From an uncultured Phycisphaerales bacterium (GTDB lineage Bacteria; Planctomycetota; Phycisphaerae; Tepidisphaerales; Tepidisphaeraceae), in NCBI GenBank assembly GCA_963758525.1, contig CAVWVQ010000003.1, forward strand, positions 2,432,001 to 2,496,000: a stretch of 64,000 nucleotides of DNA, read 5' to 3'. The position numbers were made by a program, and so were the translations under genes. A model generated the notes under the pieces. It was not told the DNA's origin. It was given only the letters and a program-made list of their open reading frames with translations, and did no database searches. Positions 50,040-60,476 of this stretch are shown piece after piece (positions within the stretch are counted from its first letter, which is position 1; the number at the start of each line of letters is the position of its first letter).

Positions 50040-50085
50040 TTGTCGTCAGGGGCCGTAACGGCCATTTGGGAAAGGAATCCCGATC

Positions 50086-51075
50086 ATGTCGAAGATATTG
50101 AAGCCACGGCTCGGCAGGGGGCTTAACAGCTTGATTTCCGTGGCCGATTTCCCAATTCACCGCGAAATACCGGCTGAATCCGACATAGCCGAGTTCGAAG
50201 TCGGCTCCGGCGGCCACAACGCATCAAACCCGCCCATGCCCACGTCGGATTCCCCGCCCGCACCCCAACTGCCGCCACCAACACAGGGTGTCGCAGAGTT
50301 GGCGATCGACGCAATCGTACCCAATCCGCACCAGCCGCGCCGACAGATGAATGATACTTCGCTGGCTGAGCTTGCCGCTAGTTTGAAGGGTACCGGCTTA
50401 ATCCAGCCGATTATTGTGCGCCAAGTGGGGGAACGCTACGAGCTTATTGCCGGTGAACGACGGTGGCGCGCGGCACAGCTCGCTGGATTCACGCACATCC
50501 CAGTGATCATCAAGGATGTGGATGCCTTTGCCCAGGCACAGATGGCGCTGGTAGAGAATATTCAGCGCGAGAATCTCAATCCCATCGATCGTGCGCAGGC
50601 CTATCGCATGTTGATGGCCCAGCTTGGTCTCACCCAAGCCGAGCTCGCCCAGCGGATGGGAGAGGATCGCAGCAGTATTGCCAATTATCTGAGATTACTG
50701 GACTTATCGGATGCCGTGCAGAAGTCCGTCATTGACGGGCGTCTGTCGCTTGGGCATGCCAAGCTCCTGGCAAGCGTGCCCGACATTCTGGAGCAGCAGC
50801 GTCTTGCACAACTCGCTTTGTCGCAGGAATTGTCCGTACGCAATTTGGAACGTCTGATTCAAGGACAAAAGCAGCAGCCGTCGACGACGCCAGTAAGCTC
50901 TGGTGGGTCTGCTCATCTAATGGATCTGGAAAAGAACCTGTCGCGGCAATTGGGGATCCGTGTGCAAATTCGTTCTGCCGGGCGCAGCAAGACGAAAGGC
51001 CGGCTGATCTGTCATTTCGCCAACCTCGATCAGTTTGACGAATTGATGGGACGGCTTGGTCTCTCTGCGGAATAG
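50086..51075 (+). CDS. parB: Chromosome partitioning protein ParB/Spo0J
   Basis: LGRGLNSLI, PNPHQPR, LIAGERRWRAA, ENIQRENLNPI, HTH RSSIANYLRLL. Confidence 0.95.
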   Translation: MSKILKPRLGRGLNSLISVADFPIHREIPAESDIAEFEVGSGGHNASNPPMPTSDSPPAPQLPPPTQGVAELAIDAIVPNPHQPRRQMNDTSLAELAASLKGTGLIQPIIVRQVGERYELIAGERRWRAAQLAGFTHIPVIIKDVDAFAQAQMALVENIQRENLNPIDRAQAYRMLMAQLGLTQAELAQRMGEDRSSIANYLRLLDLSDAVQKSVIDGRLSLGHAKLLASVPDILEQQRLAQLALSQELSVRNLERLIQGQKQQPSTTPVSSGGSAHLMDLEKNLSRQLGIRVQIRSAGRSKTKGRLICHFANLDQFDELMGRLGLSAE

Positions 51076-51202
51076 CAGGTTAACTTTGGACGGCAAGCCG
51101 ACTTTCACGTCCCGCATCTTGCCCGGCAGAAATCTTCGTTTATCCTTTGCAGTACGCGTATTGTCCCACAAATGTCCGGCACTTGCCGGGTGGCCTTTGC
51201 AC

Positions 51203-53064
51203 ATGAAAAACTCACCAGAGCTCGCCGACTTGATCTTCAACACGATTGATAGTGTGGTGGTCATCGTCGACGGCGCTGGCGCGGTCGTGCGGATGAACCC
51301 GTGCGCCGAGCATGTCACCGGTTATCGTACTTGTGAGGTAATGGGCAAGCCCTATTGGTCCGTCTTTGTCGCCGCCGATGAGCAGGCGGCGGGGGAGAAG
51401 CGATTCGCCATGCTGCTTTCAGGCGAATGGCCGTTGAACTACGAGTGTGAATGGACAAGTCGCGATGGAACCCGCCGGCAGATCCGCTGGTCGATCGGCA
51501 TTCTGCGCGATGCGGGCGGAAGAGTCGAAACTGTCGTCGGCACCGGAACCGACATTACCTACAGCCGCCGCGCCGAGAGCGCCCTGCGCGATCAGACACG
51601 CATGCTGCGGTCGGTGCTCGACAGTGTTGGCGATGGTGTCGCGGTCGTCGATCAGGAAGGGGAGTTCCTTGTTTATACCGCTGAGCTGGAGCGGATCGTC
51701 GGACGGCCCCAGCCGATGGCTTCGCGCGAGGAATGGCCGAGGTATTTCGGATTCTTCCTCCCGGACGGGGTGACCTCGTTCCCCGCGGCAAACTTGCCGA
51801 TGTCGCGCGCGATGAAAGGGGAGGACTCCAATGAAGTGGAGATTTTGATTCGCCGTCCCGATTGGCCGGAGCCGCGATGGTGCAGCGTGAACGGGCGGCC
51901 GCTGCGCGACGAGTCCGGACGGGTGCGCGGCGGGGTCATCGCATCAAGGGACATCACCGACCGCAAGCGCACCGAAGGAGAGATCCGCTTTCGCAAGAGC
52001 TTGCTGGAATCGCAGATGGAGGCGTCAATCGACGGCGTCCTGGTCGTCGACGAGAGCGGCAAGATTTTGCTATCCAACAGCCGATTCGCGAAAATCATGG
52101 GGGTTCCCGACGACGTCGTGCGAAAGGGGATTGACGAAGACGCAATTGCGGCCACGCTCCAGCAGGTTCAGGATCCCGATGAATTCATGGCCCGCATCAG
52201 ATGGCTCTACCAGCACTCCGACGAGCAGAGCCGCGACGAAATCCGTCTGAAGGACGGGCGCGTCATCGATCGTTTCAGCACGCCGGTGCGGACGCCCGAG
52301 CGGGAGGGAAGCCCGATGGTGCATTACGGGCGACTGTGGATCTTCCGCGACATCACCGACCTGAAAAACGCCGAGGCCGCCGCCCGCCAGAGCGCGCAGG
52401 TCGCCTACCGCAACGAGGTGCATTTTCGCCAGCTTGCCGAGCACACGCGCCGCCTGGCTCGGGAAATCGATCACCGCGTCGGGAATAATCTGGCGGCGCT
52501 GCTCGGACTGGTCTCGGTCACGCGCACGCGCGTGGCCAGCGTCGATGCTTTCGCCGACGCGATTCAGAACCGATTGCTCGCCATGGCGAAGGTCCATCAG
52601 TTGCTCCGGGAAGGGAACTGGAAACGCGTTGCTCTCGCGGAGCTGATCTCATCCGTTCATTCGACGATCGTGCAGCCGCATGCGCGGGTGCGCTTTATCG
52701 CATCAGGTCCAGAAGTGTGGATCGAGCCACGGCAGGTTTCTCCGCTGACGATGGTGCTTGTCGAGTTGCTGACCAACAGCGCAAAGCACGGTGTCTACGG
52801 CGCATCGGGGGGGAACTGGCGCTCTGCTGGCAGGCCGTGCCTTGCGACCCGGGAAGCAAATCCGCATGCGTCGTGCGCATCTCCTGGATCGAGCGCGGCG
52901 GGCCGCAAATCGCCGGGCCGATCGTTCCGTCGCTCGGCACAGAACTGGTCGAGGGCTTCATCACCCGCGAGCTGCTGGGCAGATGCGAACTGCGGTACCC
53001 GCCCGAAGGGGCGGATCATCTCATCGAGTTTCCGCTGCCCGACACCGACCCGGCGAGCGAGTAG
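51203..53064 (+). CDS. Soluble 3-PAS sensor histidine kinase, HWE/HisKA_2 type (frameshift at G7 run 52807-52813)
   Basis: PAS ends TDIT/RDIT/RDIT; EIDHRVGNNLA; ELLTNSAKHG; second frame WIERGGP...SLGTELV. Confidence 0.85.
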
Positions 53065-53084
53065 GGGGGGCGGCTGGAAATGGC

Positions 53085-53131
53085 GAATGACGAAACCAGA
53101 AACCAGACTCAAGCCCGAATGACGAATGACC
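53085..53131 (+). repeat. Heptamer tandem motifs GAATGAC and GAAACCA
   Basis: gaatgacgaaaccagaaaccagactcaagcccgaatgacgaatgacc. Confidence 0.6.
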
Positions 53132-53174
53132 ACTGGTTGCCTTGCCGCTCCTCACAAGCGACCATGCGGTCACC

Positions 53175-55046
53175 ATGGCCAAGTTGCTAAAACACCGTCG
53201 TTCCGCACGCGCAGCGGCGCGCCCCGCATCCTCGAATGGAAAGATCAAATCGCTGCCGCCTCGGGCGCAGGTGAAGGAAGCCGACTGCTGGGATCTGAGC
53301 AGTCTCTTCACGGACGATGCCGCGTGGGACGTGGCATTCACGCAGTGGGCGGCGCGTATTCCCGAGTACGAATCCTTTCGCGGCCGACTCGGCCAAAGTG
53401 CCCAAATCCTTGCCGAATGCCTGACGTTCGACAGCGCGTTTGAGCGCTCCGGCGAGCGCCTCGGAACGTATGCGTTTCTCAAAACGGCACAGGATCAGGC
53501 CGACAGCAAATACCAGCGCATGAAAGGGCGGTACGAGCACACGGCAACCCGGCCAGCGGAGGCGTCGAGCTTCATCCGCCCGCAAATCATGGCGATCGAT
53601 CCGATCACGATGGAAGGCTTCCTGCAGTCGCCCGAGCTTGCGGAATGGAAACTGCTGCTCGATCGCCTGCTGCGCTTCCGGCCGCATACATTGGGCGGCG
53701 GCGAGGAGCATCTGCTTGCCATGCAAGGGCAGATGAGCGAGGCGTCCAACCAGATTTTCCGGCAGCTTAACGACGCCGATCTGAAATGGGGACATGTCCG
53801 CGACGAGAAGGGCAATCGCGTCGAGCTGGGGCATTCCTCGTTCTCCGCGTTTCTGCAATCGCCCGACCGGCGCGTGCGGAAGGAGGCGTTTCACCGCTAT
53901 TACACGCAGTACGATGCCCACCGCAACTCGCTGGCCGCATCACTCAACGGATCCGTCCAGCGCGACGTCTATTATGCCAAGGCTCGCAAATACGAGAGCG
54001 CTCTGGCGGCGGCGCTATTTCAGGACAAGGTCCCGGCGACGGTCTACGACAGTCTGATCGCGTCGGTCCGCGCCAATCTTCCCGCGTTGCACCGCTATTA
54101 TGAACTGCGCCGACATCGCATGGGGATTCGCGAGATCCATCATTACGACACCTACGTGCCGATCCTCTCCGATCTTGAAAAACGGCACACGTGGGACCAG
54201 GCGGTGACTGTGGTCGTGGACGCGCTGGAGCCGCTCGGCGACGAATATTGCCGCGAGCTGCATCGCGGGCTCACCACCGCGCGATGGTCCGACCGCTATC
54301 CTAATCAGGGAAAGCAAAGCGGCGCGTTCTCCAGCGGCAGCTTTGACGGGCCGCCCTACATCCTGATGAACTATCAGCCGCGCGTGCTGGATCACGTCTT
54401 CACGCTCGCTCACGAAGCAGGGCATTCGATGCACAGCTTCTATTCGGCCAGGAGTCAGCCCTTCCAATATTACAACTACACCATCTTTGTCGCGGAGGTC
54501 GCCAGCACGTTCAACGAGCAGCTTCTCGCCCGCCACATGATGGCCAAGGCGAAGACGAAGGGAGAACGGGCGTTTTTGCTGAACCGCATGATCGACGGCA
54601 TCCGCGGGACGATCATCCGCCAGACGATGTTTGCCGAGTTCGAGAAGATTATTCACGAGCACGCCGAGAAGGGCGAGCCGCTCACGGTCGATTTGCTCCG
54701 CAGCGAGTACCGCAAGCTGCTGGATGCCTACTTCGGGCCGGACTTTGTGATCGACCCCGAACTCTCGCTCGAATGCCTGCGGATCCCGCATTTCTACCGC
54801 GCGTTTTACGTCTACAAATATGCCACCGGCCTCTCCGCCGCCATCGCGCTGTCGCAGCGCGTCACGCAGGGGGGAGCGACGGAGCTAAACGACTACCTCG
54901 GCTTCCTCAAAGGAGGCTGCTCGCAATATCCGCTCGATCTCCTGCGCGGCGCCGGCGTTGACATGGAGCAGCCCGCCGCCGTCAACACGGCGCTGGGGCT
55001 TTTCGATTCGCTGGTGAGCGAGTTGGAGGAGTTGCTGCCGAAATAG
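53175..55046 (+). CDS. pepF: Oligoendopeptidase F (M3B)
   Basis: WDLSSLF, GKQSGAFS, TLAHEAGHSMH, FVAEVAS, RIPHFY. Confidence 0.93.
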   Translation: MAKLLKHRRSARAAARPASSNGKIKSLPPRAQVKEADCWDLSSLFTDDAAWDVAFTQWAARIPEYESFRGRLGQSAQILAECLTFDSAFERSGERLGTYAFLKTAQDQADSKYQRMKGRYEHTATRPAEASSFIRPQIMAIDPITMEGFLQSPELAEWKLLLDRLLRFRPHTLGGGEEHLLAMQGQMSEASNQIFRQLNDADLKWGHVRDEKGNRVELGHSSFSAFLQSPDRRVRKEAFHRYYTQYDAHRNSLAASLNGSVQRDVYYAKARKYESALAAALFQDKVPATVYDSLIASVRANLPALHRYYELRRHRMGIREIHHYDTYVPILSDLEKRHTWDQAVTVVVDALEPLGDEYCRELHRGLTTARWSDRYPNQGKQSGAFSSGSFDGPPYILMNYQPRVLDHVFTLAHEAGHSMHSFYSARSQPFQYYNYTIFVAEVASTFNEQLLARHMMAKAKTKGERAFLLNRMIDGIRGTIIRQTMFAEFEKIIHEHAEKGEPLTVDLLRSEYRKLLDAYFGPDFVIDPELSLECLRIPHFYRAFYVYKYATGLSAAIALSQRVTQGGATELNDYLGFLKGGCSQYPLDLLRGAGVDMEQPAAVNTALGLFDSLVSELEELLPK

Positions 55047-55113
55047 GATTTCTGCAACAAATGATCGCTCGTGGGATGACCACAGGGGGAATTCATCTCA
55101 ACCGGGAGACTCG

Positions 55114-56374
55114 ATGCGACACACAACGGGTTGGATTGCGGGTTGGATTGCATGCTCACTGGTACTCGCGGCCGCCGGCGCCTGGACGCTGGGAAGCGGG
55201 GAGCAGCCGAAGACGAAGAATTTGGCGAACCTGACTGCGATGGCGATTTCGACAGCCACGGACTCGGCCAACGAATCGATCGCGCAACTCCGCGCCCTGG
55301 GCCCGGCGGGGCTTTCGGCGCTGATGACCACATATCGCGCGGACATTGATGCTCATCGGCTCAATCCCAGTGGCGATGCCGATCCGCAACGGTGGGGCCG
55401 CATCTCTGCGGCACTGGATGGCGTCGCGAAACAGCGCGACGCGTGGGCGTGCGGACTCTATTGGTACACCGATCTTCCCGCCGCCCAGGCCGCGGCCTGG
55501 GCGGCGGGCAAGCCGATTCTCTCGCTGCACCTGCTCGGCCGGCTCGATCAGGAGCTGAGCTGCACCAACAGCCGATTCTTCCGGGTCACGCTCTATCCCA
55601 ACAAAGCCGCGCAGGACGCCATGCGGAACGGGTTTGTGCTCCACTGGCAATCCGAACGGCCGGTGCCGACGATCACCATCGACTTCGGCGACGGTCGAAA
55701 GATCGTCCGCACCATCACCGGCAACAGCATTCACTACGTGCTCGATGCCAACGGCCGCGTCATCGACGCCATTCCCGGACTCTACGGCGTGCAACCGTTC
55801 GTTGAGCGACTGAAGGAAGCCGCCGCGATCGAACTGGCCGTTCGCAACAAGTCGGACAACGATCGCGGGCAGCAACTGGACGCCTGGCATAGCCAGCAGA
55901 TCGCCGCGACCGACACGGCCTGCCAGGCCGATCTGCGCGCCCTCAATCTCACGGCCGTGCCGCCCGCGGACGATCTGCCGCGCTGGCAGGCGCTGGGCAG
56001 TTTGCACTCGAAGCAGATGCAGGTCGATCAAGGCGTGAACAGCGTGATTCTCGCGAAGCATCCCCAGGTATTGCGCCGGACGTTTGGCGAAGAGCAAGAT
56101 GATTGTCGAGAATCCGCTGGTTCGAATCGTTCGCAATATCGAAAACATGGTGGCGGCCGACAGCATGCACAACGAGTATGTGCTGCACCGCCAGATCCAC
56201 GAATGGCTCGCGCAGGACCAGGCCAAGGCGGGACTGGACGCCTTTAACAATCGCGTCTACACCCAGCTTTTTCTGACGCCTCCGTCCGATCCCTGGCTCG
56301 GCCTCGCGCCTCCCGACGCCTATTCCGCGCTGGATCACGATGGGCTTGTGCAAACTGCCGAAGCACAAAGGTAA
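55114..56374 (+). CDS. Exported hypothetical protein with thioredoxin-like core (frameshift near 56070)
   Basis: Signal-peptide-like start; LYWYTDL...GKPILSLHLLGRLDQELSCTNSRFFR; second frame FNNRVYTQLFLTPPSDPWLGL. Confidence 0.65.
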
Positions 56375-56391
56375 GCAATCCTCGGACGACT

Positions 56392-56799
56392 ATGACCTAC
56401 GACCAACTGATCTCGCTGTACTTCGAGCGCTCCAACGCGCTGCAATGGTATTGGACACTCTATGTCGTCATCATCGGCGGGCTGCTCGCGTTCTCGTCGA
56501 TTCGTAAAGAGCCGGACCGCGTCACGGCAGCCCTGGTGACAGTGCTGTTCTGCTTTTTCGCCTACAAGAATCTCGGCGCCATCCACGACGTCACGGACCA
56601 ACGGCTGGCGATTCTGCAGATGATCAGGCAATCATCTCCGGTGGAAGCGGGGCGCGCTCACGACGCGTTGCTCGAAGCAACGCTGCATCCGCCGGTGTAT
56701 GAAGCCGTGCGAAATTTCCATGTCGCCAGCGATCTGTTGACGATTCTTGCCGTCTGGGCGATGGAACGCCGCCGCCGGCGCGCGGCCGCTGCGCGATGA
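56392..56799 (+). CDS. Hypothetical membrane protein
   Basis: 135-aa ORF with about three hydrophobic segments. Confidence 0.7.
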   Translation: MTYDQLISLYFERSNALQWYWTLYVVIIGGLLAFSSIRKEPDRVTAALVTVLFCFFAYKNLGAIHDVTDQRLAILQMIRQSSPVEAGRAHDALLEATLHPPVYEAVRNFHVASDLLTILAVWAMERRRRRAAAAR

Positions 56800-56900
56800 T
56801 GACCTGCTCAAATAAACTCGAAGCCGGCCGAAGGTGATTCCCCGTAATTGCGTCACTTCCAAATTCGACATTGATCAAGTTATTCGTGCGCGAGCACTCA
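56790..56900. mobile_element. Empty copy of the MITE-like element at 29805-29991
   Basis: TGCTCAAATAA..TCGAAG...GATTCCCCGTAATTGCGTCAC...TTGATCAAGTTATTCGTGCGCGAGCAC aligns end to end. Confidence 0.75.
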
Positions 56901-56945
56901 GCTGCGCCGCTATGCAGCAGCGATTCGCAGTTTCGATGCTATTCG

Positions 56946-58484
56946 TCAAATTGCGCGGCTCGATGCCGTCCGCTGTACAGCGCCGTTAATCGGGGGAAAA
57001 AGAATTCCAAAGCCGCGAATCGCCGCCTCGGCTTCCGGACGAATCACCATCGTGGGACGAGCGTTGCGCAGCATGGCAATCGCTTGATCCGGCGACTCTG
57101 CTTCTCCACTGGCAATCAGCCATGCGCCAGCCACGGCGGCTGTGCGCGAGTAGCCGGCTTTGCAATGAACATACACAATGCCGCGCGCGGCACGCTCGCT
57201 GATCCACGCACAAGCGTCGTGGAGCTGCGCCGGCAAAGGCGCGGTCAAATCCAGGAGGGGGAGATTACGGTAATCCAAGCCGCGAAACGCGCGCGGCTCG
57301 GAGAATTCAGCGGTGAGATCGAGAACCGCAGTAACGCCGGCGGCGATCGCCGCCCGGGCCTCGGCGTCGGAGAGCTTGCGGCCGATCCAGACGTGATCGG
57401 TTACGCGGTTCCATGGCTGGCACTGTCGCGCGTAGTGTGCCAGCGAGAGGCGCTGGCCAAGCAGGATCGGCGCCAGCAGCAGTTGCGTTGTGAAGGGAAG
57501 TCGGCCGTGGTTCTTGCGATAGATTCCCGGCCCCAGCCCGCAATACGCGACGCCGATCAGCAGACACGATGTCGCCGGCCAAAAGAGAAGCCACGTCCAC
57601 GGCCGGCTGATCAGCGCGCCGGTCGCCAGCACCAGCGCACCAGCCAGGTAGTATGTTCCCGCGCGGATGTTCACGCTCGCCGGCTGTCGTAGCGGCTCAT
57701 CCGCGATGAAATGAAAGCACGCGATGGCCAGCCCAAAGCCAGTGATGACGTCGATCACGTGATGTTGGTAAGTCAGCACCGCTGAGAGCAGGATCAACGC
57801 GAACCAAAGCCAGATTGCGGCATGGGCGCTTCTCTGGAGGAGACACTTCCCCGTGGCACGGGCATCTTGCCGGTGCTGGAATCGTGGTACGGAAGCAAGC
57901 TCTCGATATCCGCGATTGCTGTCGTTCCATGTCGCTAACACGGGCGGGACACCCGTGCCACGGGGAGAATCCGTGCCCCCATCATGAGGCTCGCTGAAAA
58001 CCTCTCGTGCGTTGCCCGGAGAGGGTGTGACGCGAGCACGGAATTGTTTTGCATAATGCACGGCCAGGATCATTCCCAACGCGATATGAAGCGACGGGGC
58101 CTGATTGAACGGTTGGTCGGCGGCGCGGAAATTGTCGAAGATCATCCCGAGCCAGCCCTGCACGGGCGGGCGGTCAAACGCGAAGCGCAAAGGGAATAGC
58201 AGAAAGCAACAGCCGGCAATCAGGATGGCGGCGGCGATGCGCCGCGCCAGCGTACGGCGCTCCAGATCGTCGCGGCAGAAAAAAGGGGACGCGATAAAGA
58301 AGAGGTCGATCGACAGGTAGGGAAGGATCATCAGCGGCACGAAGGGAATGTGCCGTTCCCACGAGAACGGAAAGCTGGGCACGTGCGGCCGAAGAGAGGC
58401 GAGCCAATTGGTCGTGCAATACACAACGAGAAACAGCGCACAGAGCAGGGCGGAGGTTTTGGCGGCTTTCCAGCTCATCTGCAT
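56946..58484 (-). CDS. PAP2 plus dual-specificity phosphatase fusion (YnbD-like)
   Basis: WERHIPFVP, FNQAPSLH, YQHHVID, YVHCKAGYSRT; in-frame repeat insert. Confidence 0.88.
   Translation of the reverse strand: MQMSWKAAKTSALLCALFLVVYCTTNWLASLRPHVPSFPFSWERHIPFVPLMILPYLSIDLFFIASPFFCRDDLERRTLARRIAAAILIAGCCFLLFPLRFAFDRPPVQGWLGMIFDNFRAADQPFNQAPSLHIALGMILAVHYAKQFRARVTPSPGNAREVFSEPHDGGTDSPRGTGVPPVLATWNDSNRGYRELASVPRFQHRQDARATGKCLLQRSAHAAIWLWFALILLSAVLTYQHHVIDVITGFGLAIACFHFIADEPLRQPASVNIRAGTYYLAGALVLATGALISRPWTWLLFWPATSCLLIGVAYCGLGPGIYRKNHGRLPFTTQLLLAPILLGQRLSLAHYARQCQPWNRVTDHVWIGRKLSDAEARAAIAAGVTAVLDLTAEFSEPRAFRGLDYRNLPLLDLTAPLPAQLHDACAWISERAARGIVYVHCKAGYSRTAAVAGAWLIASGEAESPDQAIAMLRNARPTMVIRPEAEAAIRGFGILFPPINGAVQRTASSRAI
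57851..57963. repeat. REP-like doublet, family C, inside the YnbD-like CDS
   Basis: CCGTGGCACGGGCATCTTGCCGGTG ... CACGGGCGGGACACCCGTGCCACGG. Confidence 0.85.
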
Positions 58485-58524
58485 TCGCAACTGATAGGGC
58501 CTCAGTAACAGACGGCTTGGAAAC

Positions 58525-58656
58525 CTGTTTAGCCGCGCCGCGAGCGAAGCGCGTCCAACAACGTTCTCTGGACGAATAGCGCAAGCCGGCATACCACGTT
58601 CGTTGGACGCGCTTCGCTGCGCGGCGCGGCCAAACAGCTTCTGTAACGAGCTGTAA
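58525..58656. repeat. REP-like doublet related to family B, with an adjacent TIR-like end
   Basis: CTGTTTAGCCGCGCCGCGAGCGAAGCGCGTCCAAC ... GTTGGACGCGCTTCGCTGCGCGGCGCGGCCAAACAG, then TTCTGTAACGAGCTGTAA. Confidence 0.75.
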
Positions 58657-58657
58657 A

Positions 58658-60409
58658 CTAAGCGGGTAACGGAGTACCCGCGTCTTCCGATGCCTTTCGC
58701 CGCCGCGCGACACACACCGTGAATATGCCCGCCTCGTCGATCTCCTGTGACATCTTTTCAAACCCGGCCTCATGCACCAGCGCATCCATCTCCGCCTGCG
58801 TGCGGCGTCGCATGATCCATGGCTTGCCTTCGCGATTCGTGAGCACGCGCGCGATGAATTCCACCTGCGGATGCCAGGGCTGACAGGTATAGATCAGATA
58901 GCCGCCCTCCTCAATCGCGGCGGCAATTCCGCCGAGCGATCGGCGGATCGGGCCGTTCTCGGGGAACAGCTCATACAGGCCGGAAACGATCGCAATTGTC
59001 GGACGGGGAGCGACGGCCGCGAGAGAAGCGCCGTCAAACGCGTCCCCCAGTACGGTCTCGATTGCTTTCACGCCCAATTGATTTGCCAGCGACGAAACCG
59101 CATCGAGATTTTCCTGCCGGTAATCGCGCAACATTGCGCTGGCGGGAATTTCCGCCATTGCCTTCATCGCTTCCACGACATACCTGCCACCGCCGCAGGC
59201 GATGTCGAGAATGCGAACCGGTCGTTTCGCTTGGGCGAGTTGCTGCATGCTCATCCGGAGCACTTTTTGCAGATGTTCCCCGCGAACGCGAATCCCGCGC
59301 CAGCCGATGCTGTTCAAATAGAAGTAGTCGATCAGCCAGCCGACGAGCATGCGCCCGGCGGGCTGATTCCGGTAGACATAGTCGAGCGTGAGCCCTGAAT
59401 CGAATCCACTTTTCCATCCGAGGCTGACGCCGCGACTGAGCCGGCCGATGCTCTTCAGGAACAGGGCGATGAGCGACCAGTGCACCTTTCCCGGGCCGCG
59501 CAGCAGATCGTATTCGGTTCGCGTGTATCCGCCCTTGTCAGCGTGAACCAGAGCGTGCGGGCAGGCAGTGCGATCGAAACATTCAAGGACAAAAGCCCGG
59601 ACTCGCTGCACAACCTCCTGTCGATCGGTCTCCTGAAAAATCGAGTGATACGCGCCGGGCAGCACGTCGAATTGCTTCACCGATGAACTGAGCCTTGCAT
59701 AAAACTCCTGCTGGGCGGAAAGCTCGACAACCCAGTCTTTTCCCGCCGCGATGATCAGCGTTGGAGTGGAAATTGCGCCGGCATCCTTTACCAGTCGCGC
59801 GGAAGTGTCGTGCAGGTCGAGCAGCATGTTCACGGCAATTTGCCGGAAGACCATCGGGTCCTTCTCGTATTGCTCGACATGGGCCGCGTCGTGCGTAAGC
59901 ATCCGCGCTTTCACGTAGCTTTTCACGACACCCGGTCCGAATACTTTCTCTTTGATACGGAGGAAGGGGATCGCCAGCGGAACATAGAGCCGAACGCGAA
60001 ACGCCGGGGCCGCCAGCACCATGCCGCGGATGGGCGGGGCGTAGTCATGGACCCACCCCGCGGCGATGACCGCTCCGATGCTGTGGGCGATCACGATCGT
60101 CTGCCGCAGATCGATGCCGTGCGCATCACAGAGGTGCCGGGCGAATGTCTCGGCGTCCTTGATCACCGCCGCCACGCCGGGCCCGTGGCCGCGTTCTCCG
60201 TCGGACTGGCCATGTCCCCTTTGATCCCATGCGAAGATGGCGCAGTCGTCCAGTTTCAGGTCGCCGGCGGTTTCCTCCCAGAATCCCGAGTGCTCGTGCC
60301 CGCGGTGAAACAGCAACACCGCTTTGGCGCCCGGCATTGGCGGCATCCACGCCCGATAGAAAAGCCGCGTACCGTCCCACGATGTCATGGTGTGCGTCGT
60401 CAATCGCAT
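58658..60409 (-). CDS. Bifunctional alpha/beta hydrolase plus SAM methyltransferase (YnbC-like)
   Basis: FHRGHEHS, AHSIG, GFDSGLTLDYVY, LDIACGGG, QPWHPQVE, MRRRTQAEMD. Confidence 0.9.
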   Translation of the reverse strand: MRLTTHTMTSWDGTRLFYRAWMPPMPGAKAVLLFHRGHEHSGFWEETAGDLKLDDCAIFAWDQRGHGQSDGERGHGPGVAAVIKDAETFARHLCDAHGIDLRQTIVIAHSIGAVIAAGWVHDYAPPIRGMVLAAPAFRVRLYVPLAIPFLRIKEKVFGPGVVKSYVKARMLTHDAAHVEQYEKDPMVFRQIAVNMLLDLHDTSARLVKDAGAISTPTLIIAAGKDWVVELSAQQEFYARLSSSVKQFDVLPGAYHSIFQETDRQEVVQRVRAFVLECFDRTACPHALVHADKGGYTRTEYDLLRGPGKVHWSLIALFLKSIGRLSRGVSLGWKSGFDSGLTLDYVYRNQPAGRMLVGWLIDYFYLNSIGWRGIRVRGEHLQKVLRMSMQQLAQAKRPVRILDIACGGGRYVVEAMKAMAEIPASAMLRDYRQENLDAVSSLANQLGVKAIETVLGDAFDGASLAAVAPRPTIAIVSGLYELFPENGPIRRSLGGIAAAIEEGGYLIYTCQPWHPQVEFIARVLTNREGKPWIMRRRTQAEMDALVHEAGFEKMSQEIDEAGIFTVCVARRRKASEDAGTPLPA

Positions 60410-60476
60410 CGTTCACCGAATAGCATAGGCGAACACCATTGGGGGCATGACAACGGCCGCGGCCTGGCGAGGGCAA

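Noticed and set aside
52807..52813. G7 tract as a phase-variation switch in the kinase
   Set aside because: Cannot be distinguished from the many other probable homopolymer errors without reads.
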